Shown one piece after another: positions 45,361-52,907 of a DNA stretch of 64,000 bases (the first letter of the stretch is position 1; each line of letters begins with the position of its first letter). The notes under the pieces are model-generated. The model was not told the origin of the DNA. It searched no databases and was given only the letters and a program-made list of their open reading frames with translations. Source of the DNA: Bacteroidota bacterium (GTDB lineage Bacteria; Bacteroidota; Bacteroidia; Cytophagales; Cyclobacteriaceae); contig JBCCTI010000031.1 in the NCBI GenBank assembly GCA_039198955.1, forward strand, positions 2,046 to 66,045, read 5' to 3'. The position numbers were made by a program, and so were the translations under genes.

Positions 45361-45391
45361 TATTCAGTTGGTAACTTCACCAATAAAAACC

Positions 45392-46084
45392 ATGAACCAT
45401 CTGGCGAGGCTTCTATCCATTCTCACCATCTTAAAGTCAAAGAGAATAACTACCGGGGGTGAGTTAGCTAAAAAGTTTAATGTAAGCTTGAGAACCATCT
45501 ACCGGGATATTAAAAAGCTAGAGGAGTCGGGCGTTCCCATCATCACCATTGAGGGAAGGGGATACTCGATTATGGATGGCTATAAGGTAGCCCCTATTAT
45601 GTTTGATGAAGCCGAAGTGAGTGCTCTGATTACGGCGGAGCAACTCATTGCCAAAACCAACGACGACTCACTGATTCAGCACTTTGAGCAAACATTGCAG
45701 AAGATAAAATCCGTATTCAAGAGCTCTTTACAGTCGCAGGGCGAGATGTTAAGCAGCAAAATGCTGGTGGTGAAAAGCAAGACCGATGAAGTGAAGACTG
45801 ACTCGCTCTCGTATATACAAATGGCAATTATCAACTTCAGAGTTACTGAGCTAGCCTATCAAGACAAGCATAAAGCAACCACCCGCCGAAAGATAGAACC
45901 GCTAGCAATTTTTTGCTTCGACGAAATGTGGATTGTGGTAGGTTGGTGTCGTCTGCGGCAAGACTACCGATCATTCCGATTGGATAGAATCCAACACTTC
46001 AAAATTTTAGAGGAGACGTTTGAAGACCGCCGTTTTGATTTAGGAAAATTTTTATCCTGCGACGAATTTAATCACCACCCCTGA
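45392..46084 (+). CDS. YafY-type HTH-WYL transcriptional regulator
   Basis: RLLSIL, LAKKFNVSLRTIYRDI, G.GY, RKIEP, W..VGWCRLRQDYRSFRLDRI. Confidence 0.92.
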   Translation: MNHLARLLSILTILKSKRITTGGELAKKFNVSLRTIYRDIKKLEESGVPIITIEGRGYSIMDGYKVAPIMFDEAEVSALITAEQLIAKTNDDSLIQHFEQTLQKIKSVFKSSLQSQGEMLSSKMLVVKSKTDEVKTDSLSYIQMAIINFRVTELAYQDKHKATTRRKIEPLAIFCFDEMWIVVGWCRLRQDYRSFRLDRIQHFKILEETFEDRRFDLGKFLSCDEFNHHP

Positions 46085-46115
46085 CATATTCTGTCATTCG
46101 CCCCCGCTACCTTTG
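46082..46115 (+). promoter_or_regulatory. TGACA-N5-TGTCA site plus -7 element TACCTTTG (46108-46115)
   Basis: TGACATATTCTGTCA overlaps the regulator stop codon; an 11-nt gap separates it from the -7 box. Confidence 0.7.
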
Positions 46116-46146
46116 GGCTATTGTCTAACTAAAAATAGTATCACCT

Positions 46147-46515
46147 ATGTCAACACAAGAAATTGCCAACCAATGGGCCGAGTACTGCCGCCAAGGTCAG
46201 TGGGGTAAAGCCCAGGAAGAATTATACGATGCTAATTGCGTCAGCCTTGAAATGGAAGGTGCCCAAGTTTCCTCCCAAAAAACAGAGGGGTTAGAAGCTA
46301 TTAGAAAGAAAGAACAGCAGTGGAGCAACATGGTAGAAGAGTTTCACGGTATAGAAATTGAAGGACCAATAGTAGCGGGCGATCATTTTACAGCTTCCAT
46401 GAAAATGGACATTACTATGCAAGGGCGACCCAGAAACACCGATGAAGAAGTGGGTGTATTCCGAGTAGAAAATGGTAAAATTGTTTCCGAACAATTCTTC
46501 TACGCAGTAGACTGA
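46147..46515 (+). CDS. SnoaL-like (NTF2-fold) small protein
   Basis: IANQWAEYCRQG...ELY...VSLE, GDHF...M.MD and E..V.RVENGKIVSEQFFY. Confidence 0.8.
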   Translation: MSTQEIANQWAEYCRQGQWGKAQEELYDANCVSLEMEGAQVSSQKTEGLEAIRKKEQQWSNMVEEFHGIEIEGPIVAGDHFTASMKMDITMQGRPRNTDEEVGVFRVENGKIVSEQFFYAVD

Positions 46516-46533
46516 CCAATTTGAGTCCTCACT

Positions 46534-46563
46534 ATGGTAGTGTTCCAAAGGGTTCACTACCAT
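46534..46563. terminator. Hairpin between convergent genes
   Basis: ATGGTAGTG-N12-CACTACCAT. Confidence 0.5.
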
Positions 46564-46637
46564 TCGTTGTATCCGTTAAGTTGTTCTGGCAAAACTGATT
46601 TCTGTCGCTTCAATATCCAACCATCTTAATCAAGAAT

Positions 46638-48035
46638 TCACTCTAAAACTTCTGGAATACCGTAGGGACCGTCTTTCAGTAGTACAATGGATGGATTGGG
46701 GGCGTTAGCCGAGCGAATGGCGTGTTGGATAGCCGCTTCGGTTATTTGGGTAATTTTTTCTTCATCGGTTACGCTTTGTGATTTGGACTGATCCAGCAGT
46801 TGGAAGCCAGGAACGCCCGGTAAATGTTCGTATTCAGCATCGGGAATTTCCAGAGCACAGTAAATCAGGTTATCTTCCCGCTCAATACGGGTGAGTACCT
46901 TACTCCACATTTGTACCTGCCACTGTTCTTGAATCATCTCCCACTGGGAGTCGCTAATCATTCGCAGAAACTCTGCCTTACCGTGCTTTGCTAGCAATTT
47001 TAGTGACTGTTTGTAACCCCTCCCCCCTACTGGATCAGTATCAGTATTTTTGGCGACGATAATAATTTGTCCACCCAGCTTTACCGCCCGAGCCGCTTCA
47101 ATGGCCGCCTTCCCTGCCTGATAATGGTTAATTCCCACAAAACCTGCCGGAATAATTACAATATCGTAGTGTTGCTCCAGTGGAACCACCACATACTCCC
47201 GAATTTTTTGTACCGCTGCCTGATGGGCTGCTACCAAATCACCCGCGTACACTCCGGTCATTCGTTTGTCGGCATCTAGCGTGGTATTCACTAAGAAGTC
47301 ACAGCCGGCCATCTGCGCCACCTCCAGCGACTCGTCGTTGAGCGGATTGCCTTCCAGTACCAAATCAGCCGCCTTCGCCGAGCTGAGAAACTTAGCTCCA
47401 TGAAAAATCTTCAGCGTCTTGATTCCCACAATGCCCGGACAGATACCTTTGCGCCCACCGGATGCCCCCGCCATAAAGTGGCTTTCTACCAGCCCAGTCA
47501 CAATCTTCAGGTCAGCTTCGTAATACTGCCGATTAACGGTTACTTCTGAACCTCGCGAGGTAGTTCCCAAATAAATTAGATGATCGTCGTTATCGTACTC
47601 ATGGTTAGTTACGTTTACTTCCGCGAAACCAGACTCTTGCAAACCTAGCATGGTTTCAATTTCATCCGCTTCCATATTCCGGTGCGAGCCCGCCCCAATA
47701 ATGACCGTAACTTGCGACTGAGCAAACCCGGCTTCCAACAAGGTACGGATAATATAGCGCATAATACCGTGCTCACCTCGGTAGGGCACCGGACGGGTGT
47801 TATCCGATACCACAATCACTGCTTGGGCATTAGCATTCTCAACAATCTTCTGCTTGCCAATTTCCAATAGTGAAGGAGAATTGATAGGATTCTCTAAAGC
47901 ATCGGTAATTCCTTTGGGTAATGCTATCGCCTCCGGGTTTCCCGCCATCCCCCGCACATCTACCGAATGATCGCAGTTGACATCAATTAATCCTTCGCCG
48001 TATTCTATTTTTAGGTTCATCTTTTGTTTAATCAT
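46638..48035 (-). CDS. LarA-family (nickel-pincer-dependent lactate racemase-like) alpha-hydroxyacid racemase/epimerase
   Basis: SDNTRP, GAGSH, ESHFMAGASGGRK.ICPG, IFH and HYQAGKA, matching the positions of LarA active-site residues. Confidence 0.85.
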   Translation of the reverse strand: MIKQKMNLKIEYGEGLIDVNCDHSVDVRGMAGNPEAIALPKGITDALENPINSPSLLEIGKQKIVENANAQAVIVVSDNTRPVPYRGEHGIMRYIIRTLLEAGFAQSQVTVIIGAGSHRNMEADEIETMLGLQESGFAEVNVTNHEYDNDDHLIYLGTTSRGSEVTVNRQYYEADLKIVTGLVESHFMAGASGGRKGICPGIVGIKTLKIFHGAKFLSSAKAADLVLEGNPLNDESLEVAQMAGCDFLVNTTLDADKRMTGVYAGDLVAAHQAAVQKIREYVVVPLEQHYDIVIIPAGFVGINHYQAGKAAIEAARAVKLGGQIIIVAKNTDTDPVGGRGYKQSLKLLAKHGKAEFLRMISDSQWEMIQEQWQVQMWSKVLTRIEREDNLIYCALEIPDAEYEHLPGVPGFQLLDQSKSQSVTDEEKITQITEAAIQHAIRSANAPNPSIVLLKDGPYGIPEVLE

Positions 48036-48058
48036 AAACCTTTACTGTAGCCAGTGGC

Positions 48059-49084
48059 TTAAAGTAATCGCTTCCGAATGGGAAATGCCTCAGCAGGGTT
48101 CTTTACTAGCAGTTGATCAATGTCGGCTTGGCTGAAGCCGAGCTGTTTTAGTTCAGGGACGAATTTATCGAACAGTACGGCATAACCGCGGTAATTACCG
48201 CCGTTGGGTTCGCCTACGTAGTACCAGCCGGCATCGCCAGAGACGAGTACTTGTTTCAGATATCCAGCTTCTTTCAGGTCGCGTACTTGTTGGGCATAGT
48301 CGGCGTAGTTGCTTTCGCTAATGCCATCAATCTCTACCCAGGCCCCTTGCTTCGCGGCTCTCACATGATTGTCGTGACCCTGGTTCTGAGCATGTACCCA
48401 AATATATGCACTGGGGTGTACATTAGCCGCCTGGATAATTTCTAGTTCTTCCATCGCTGCCGATGCATCACCGGTGTGTACTGCGATGGTCAGGCCGGTC
48501 TCCCGATGGGTGAGGGCAGCCGCTTCTACCAACTTTCGACCGTAGTCCTCCAGTGGCCCGTTGTCCACCCCAATTTTGATAAATCCCGGACGGATGCCCG
48601 TTCCGTCAATACCTTCTTCAAATTCTTTGATCCAACGCTGGGCAAGCTGTTCGGGCGTTTCCCGGGCTACGTAGGTAGGAAGATAAATACCATTTCGGGC
48701 ACCGTAGAGTCCGGTGTTGGTCAGAATTTGCAGTCCGGTAGCTTCGGATAGGCGTTGCAATAAGCGAGCATTGCGCCCTAGATAGTTGGGAGTACACTCC
48801 ACAAAGGTCTGGCAACCTAAATCCTGAATTTCTTGCAAGTAAGGAAGGATTCTCTCAAAAGCCTTATCAGCATCGTAACGGTCAGGGTTTACTCTATGAG
48901 CTCCTATAAAATCTACCAAAACATGCTCATGGGCTAATGTTACACCCATCTGAGCCGGAGTAATTTCCTGTTGAACCGTCTGCACCAGGGCATCATCGGT
49001 AAAGAGGAACGAAGAAGGCACTGTAAGTCCAGCTATCCCAGCGAGAGAAGATGTTTTCAGGAAATTTCGGCGAGATAAATGCAT
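48059..49084 (-). CDS. Tat-exported phosphotriesterase-family metallohydrolase/lactonase
   Basis: SRRNFLK twin-arginine signal; TLAHEH, FIKIG, AVHTG, WVHAQ and SGDAGW metal ligands. Confidence 0.88.
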   Translation of the reverse strand: MHLSRRNFLKTSSLAGIAGLTVPSSFLFTDDALVQTVQQEITPAQMGVTLAHEHVLVDFIGAHRVNPDRYDADKAFERILPYLQEIQDLGCQTFVECTPNYLGRNARLLQRLSEATGLQILTNTGLYGARNGIYLPTYVARETPEQLAQRWIKEFEEGIDGTGIRPGFIKIGVDNGPLEDYGRKLVEAAALTHRETGLTIAVHTGDASAAMEELEIIQAANVHPSAYIWVHAQNQGHDNHVRAAKQGAWVEIDGISESNYADYAQQVRDLKEAGYLKQVLVSGDAGWYYVGEPNGGNYRGYAVLFDKFVPELKQLGFSQADIDQLLVKNPAEAFPIRKRLL

Positions 49085-49149
49085 GAACGAATGGTACTTT
49101 TAGAACGTTCAAATTATTGTTTTCTTCGCACAATCACTAACCTAGCTAG

Positions 49150-49395
49150 ATGAGCACACTTCCCGAATATACTATTCAGCAGTTGGCTTTACGCAATGGG
49201 CAAGACCGAGAGGAAGTTTGGTGTGCCTACCAAGGCATTATCTACGATGTGAGTGAATCGAGATTGTGGCGGGATGGAAAGCACTACGAACATTGGGCGG
49301 GGCAAGATTTAACTTCTGAATTGAACAATGCTCCGCACACCAACTCCGTATTTGATCGTTTTAATCCGGTGGGTCAACTTAAACCGTCACGCTAA
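49150..49395 (+). CDS. Cytochrome b5-like heme/steroid-binding protein
   Basis: L...NGQD...W.AY.G.IYDVS.S.LW..G.H..H.AGQDLT.EL..APH. Confidence 0.85.
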   Translation: MSTLPEYTIQQLALRNGQDREEVWCAYQGIIYDVSESRLWRDGKHYEHWAGQDLTSELNNAPHTNSVFDRFNPVGQLKPSR

Positions 49396-50024
49396 TGCGA
49401 ATTCGTCGCGCTATTGCCCTACTACTTTTGTTAGGTGTACCCTTTTTGGTAGGCTACTACTGGCAACGCTGGACAGAACCCACGGTAGTTGAACCTACTG
49501 CGGTAGAAGTCAAAACAATGTTAATCACCGAAGTGGAAGCTTTAGGCAAAATGGAGCTGGTAAAGTACCAATTTCAGGAGGTGACCGAAGTAAAAGAATT
49601 AAGCCCCGAGTTTTTGAACATACTGAAGCTGGATACCGATGCTAAGGCCATCTTAATTACCCGGGGCGAAGCAGCGGGCTGCCTAGATTTGCTTAAGATC
49701 AGTGCTGATGACGTAGAGATATCAACCGATACCGTATGGATGCAATTACCTGAACCAGAAATCTGCTACTACAAACTAGATTTAGAAAAGACGAAGCTTT
49801 ATTCAGTAGAAACCGGACTGTTTACCGACCGCGATCAGTTTATTTCCCGAGCCTACCGCCAGGCCGAACGTCAAATTCGCAATGCCGCTAACAACTCAGG
49901 CATTCTGGAAGAAACGGAAGTAAACGCCCACCGCATTTTGCGACCGATGCTGGAAGAGCTATCGGGTAAGACCATTATCTTTACTGAAAAGATTCCCGCC
50001 GCGCGGATTACTCCAGTTGATTAA
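49395..50024 (+). CDS. DUF4230 family protein
   Basis: N-terminal TM, LGKMELVKY, G.A..C.DL, LPEPEI and A...GIL. Confidence 0.8.
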   Translation: MRIRRAIALLLLLGVPFLVGYYWQRWTEPTVVEPTAVEVKTMLITEVEALGKMELVKYQFQEVTEVKELSPEFLNILKLDTDAKAILITRGEAAGCLDLLKISADDVEISTDTVWMQLPEPEICYYKLDLEKTKLYSVETGLFTDRDQFISRAYRQAERQIRNAANNSGILEETEVNAHRILRPMLEELSGKTIIFTEKIPAARITPVD

Positions 50025-50031
50025 ATTTTAT

Positions 50032-50457
50032 TCAGGTAGGTCGTCTATCTGGAAAAATATTGGTAAGAAACTGGTTCCGAATATCACGGTAGATATAGAA
50101 GTCAGAATCAATACTAGCGATCTCAGTAATCCCATAATTTTTAGAAGCAACAATTAGGGAAGCATCTGCTAAGTCCACAGGGACATCTGAGAATTGCTGA
50201 CTTAGTTCAATTAAACGAGCTATATGTGATTGGTCTAGCTCGGCAATTTCAATTCCGCCCCGACGAATCCACTCTAAAAAATTGATTTGTACATTAATGC
50301 TAAAATCAAGCATGTGCGAAGTTTCTGTAATGACGGGCCAGGTTGTTAATAATCTCCTGGGATGGTTCTTCAAAAACTCAATAGCTGTAGCGTGAAATTG
50401 ATCGCGCTTGTCGAATAGCGCAATCAGTGGACCAGCATCAACGAGAATACTTTTCAT
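50032..50457 (-). CDS. PIN-domain (VapC-like) toxin
   Basis: ILVDAGPLIA, WPVITE, DLADASL and ASIDSDF.IYR. Confidence 0.9.
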   Translation of the reverse strand: MKSILVDAGPLIALFDKRDQFHATAIEFLKNHPRRLLTTWPVITETSHMLDFSINVQINFLEWIRRGGIEIAELDQSHIARLIELSQQFSDVPVDLADASLIVASKNYGITEIASIDSDFYIYRDIRNQFLTNIFPDRRPT

Positions 50458-50686
50458 GGAGCTTTTCTTTCAGCCTGCTCTTAAATTTGATAGAGCCTTC
50501 GGTTCGGCTACTACCTTCCTGCCCAAACAAGTCTTTCCCTAAGTCATAGGGACTATGAGCCGCTTCAGCTTTCTGCAAGTACGCAACTAGTGCTTCCTTC
50601 ACTACTTGTGATTTGGTTTTTTGCTGCTGTTGGCAAAATTCACGCAATTTCTCTTCGGTCTCATTAGATAAACGAACGGTCAACAT
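50438..50686 (-). CDS. Ribbon-helix-helix (CopG-like) antitoxin
   Basis: MLTVRL...EEKL......KTKSQVVKEAL..YL; overlaps the toxin start. Confidence 0.85.
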   Translation of the reverse strand: MLTVRLSNETEEKLREFCQQQQKTKSQVVKEALVAYLQKAEAAHSPYDLGKDLFGQEGSSRTEGSIKFKSRLKEKLHEKYSR

Positions 50687-50701
50687 ATCACAATTCTTGT
50701 T

Positions 50702-50719
50702 GTATTACAAGTGTAATAC
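50702..50719. promoter_or_regulatory. Perfect palindrome GTATTACA-AG-TGTAATAC, putative TA autoregulatory operator
   Basis: 15 nt upstream of the antitoxin start codon. Confidence 0.65.
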
Positions 50720-50838
50720 GTTTGAAGAAACTATTAGGTTCTACACACAGCAAATTAGATCAAAAAATCGTCCTATATGTTTACATCTTCTCTTTCAGTA
50801 GTACTAAGCAGTATACAGCTTAACCAAAATGCCTCATT

Positions 50839-51621
50839 ATGTACCCTTACTTGAAAAAAAGAAATCGTCTGCCTACCGTTACCGCTGCTCAGATTTTACT
50901 CAACCGGGCTTTACGCCGAGGCGAAACTATTGCCGTAGATGGCGATTTCGGAAGAAAAACCCGCGAGGCAGTGATTAATTTTCAACAAAATCACCATCTC
51001 AACGACGATGGAATTATCGGGAAAAATACCTGGGCAGCCCTGGTTCGTGGTCAGGGATTACAAGTTATTGATACGGTTGATGTAGCCGAGGTAGCTGATA
51101 TCGGCTACGAAGACCAAGACATTCGTGATGCCGGAGGCAACCCAATTGTTAACCACGGCATGAGTGGTGGATTACGGGTAGTACTCGATCAGATTCTGGC
51201 TCGGGGGCAACTTGGTCGCGTGGTACTACTGCGTTTTCACGGACATGGCTCACCAGGAAATATGGGATTATCAACAGGTACTCGATCAGACGTACCTTCT
51301 TCCGAATTTACTGCTGATTACTTTAGAATAGAACGCTTCCGAAACTTTCTAGCTCGCCTTGCTCCTCTTTTCTGCCCATTTGGCAGTGTAGAATTCCACG
51401 GTTGTCGAGTAGGCGGAGGGCAAGCTGGGAAGAAGTTTGTAGAAGGGTTTGCCAAAGTACTTAAAGTTCCGGCAACGGCGGGCAAGCAAACGCAATACGG
51501 TGGTGGTCGCTCTACTTTTCGCTTCGAGGGAGCTATCCGAACGGCTTTTCCCGGAGGAAAGACATTGAAAGCCTGGTCGGCCTCTCAAGCTGAAGCTGGA
51601 CAGATGTCGGTTTATCGCTAA
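50839..51621 (+). CDS. Peptidoglycan-binding domain fused to a DUF4347-like (caspase/C80-fold) domain
   Basis: AQILLN...VDGDFG.KT..AV..FQ....L..DGIIG..TW.AL; C-terminal FHGHG.PG and FHGC.VG. Confidence 0.7.
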   Translation: MYPYLKKRNRLPTVTAAQILLNRALRRGETIAVDGDFGRKTREAVINFQQNHHLNDDGIIGKNTWAALVRGQGLQVIDTVDVAEVADIGYEDQDIRDAGGNPIVNHGMSGGLRVVLDQILARGQLGRVVLLRFHGHGSPGNMGLSTGTRSDVPSSEFTADYFRIERFRNFLARLAPLFCPFGSVEFHGCRVGGGQAGKKFVEGFAKVLKVPATAGKQTQYGGGRSTFRFEGAIRTAFPGGKTLKAWSASQAEAGQMSVYR

Positions 51622-51671
51622 ACCTAGCTGGAGATAGCTATCTCAGGTATTGTAAAAATTATGGACGTGCC

Positions 51672-52424
51672 CTAGTTCTTATCCTCTTTAGAAAAATCGG
51701 TATAACAGCGGTTGATGGCAAGAACTAGGTCGTACTGGCTAGATCGTTCAATAAAATCTTCTTCGAAGCGACAGAAGATCATAAAATTATCTAGCAATTC
51801 TTCAGTCAGCCCCGTGATTTTACCTACCATTTCGCGATTATACTTGCGGGAAAGCCGCTGACGGCGGTCGTAATCCTGCTGGGCTTCCCGAGCCATGCGT
51901 TCATACTTCGCCCGACGGTTAAACCGACTGGCAATAAACGAAACCGGGTTTAACGGGCTGACCTTAGGCTCCCGGCGAGGTCCATCGTAGGAACCCGGAA
52001 CGACAACCTTAGGCGATTCTTCTGGTAGGTCATCCAGTGCCAACACCGCCCGCTTGAAAGATTCTACATCTTTGAAAGCAAACACCGTAACGTTTTCTAG
52101 CTCGTAAGTCTGTTCGCTCATTCTAACTTGCAAGTCATAATTGCTCACCTGAGCGGTATCACCGAAGAACAAAAATGCCGATTGGTAGCCTACCGAGGAA
52201 ATACGAATGGTATCGCTCCGCTGAAAGGTCAAATAAAAAAATCCGTCTTCATCGCTAATCACCCCAGTTTCAGTCGTCAGGTTGGTAACCGTAGCAAAAG
52301 ATAGTGGCTCATCCTGGTCATTAACAATGTTTCCCGAAACCTGAATACTTCCTTCAGGAGTACTTTGGGCTAATGCGCCAAGGGCAAGCAACCAAAAACT
52401 GAGGATGAAGAGAAAAGATTGCAT
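51672..52424 (-). CDS. Carboxypeptidase-regulatory-like domain protein
   Basis: Signal peptide, then VSG.IV....EPL.FATV.N...TGVISD..G.F, D.IRISSVGY and L..V.V. Confidence 0.8.
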   Translation of the reverse strand: MQSFLFILSFWLLALGALAQSTPEGSIQVSGNIVNDQDEPLSFATVTNLTTETGVISDEDGFFYLTFQRSDTIRISSVGYQSAFLFFGDTAQVSNYDLQVRMSEQTYELENVTVFAFKDVESFKRAVLALDDLPEESPKVVVPGSYDGPRREPKVSPLNPVSFIASRFNRRAKYERMAREAQQDYDRRQRLSRKYNREMVGKITGLTEELLDNFMIFCRFEEDFIERSSQYDLVLAINRCYTDFSKEDKN

Positions 52425-52489
52425 AACTAAATATCTAAATTACTGAAAAGCTAAACAATACACCAGTGATTAACATTTTTTAACTTCAA

Positions 52490-52627
52490 AGATTGAAGGG
52501 GTCAATGATAGTGACCATGCATGGCTAAATTGCTGATTGTTATCTACTCTTTCACTTTTTTCCACCTTCCCTTCTCAGTTTTAAGCTATCAATTATTGCC
52601 TGTCAATTATTCTACTTCCACTTGATA
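52490..52627. repeat. Mosaic of heptamer/octamer repeat arms
   Basis: Contains ATGGCTAAATTGCTGATTG (52521-52539), identical to 22774-22792, and TTGACAG/TTGATAG units (minus strand) like those at 2391. Confidence 0.75.
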
Positions 52628-52816
52628 TTATATCCAACACTGTTCGTGCTTAATGTGCTCTACATAAAGGCAGCGATTACAAATGAACATAATCACCGTA
52701 GCCTGTTTTCCTCGCACATTGGCAAGACTCAATGTTTTATCCAAGCGGGTATCAAGCAGGAAAGAATCAGGGGCAATAGTTTCTAAAGGCGTTAAGTTAG
52801 GTTCGGTAGTTGCCAT
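52628..52816 (-). pseudogene. Truncated thioredoxin-family (AhpC/TSA-like) gene
   Basis: MATTEPNLTPL.T.APD..L.DT...T.SL....G..ATVIMFICNRCLYVEHI matches the family N-terminus (ICNHCPYV) but stops after 62 aa. Confidence 0.7.
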
Positions 52817-52907
52817 AAAAAGTAGTTTTAGCGATTGCGAAAAAGTTTTGATATTTTACTCTCTACTATCGCTAACTAATAACCATTGAAAAAGATACTA
52901 CACTGTG

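Noticed and set aside
46536-46561. GGTAGTG...CACTACC resembles a collapsed pair of IS1 ends
   Set aside because: The match is only 7 bp and there is no target duplication. A terminator hairpin between convergent genes is the simpler reading.
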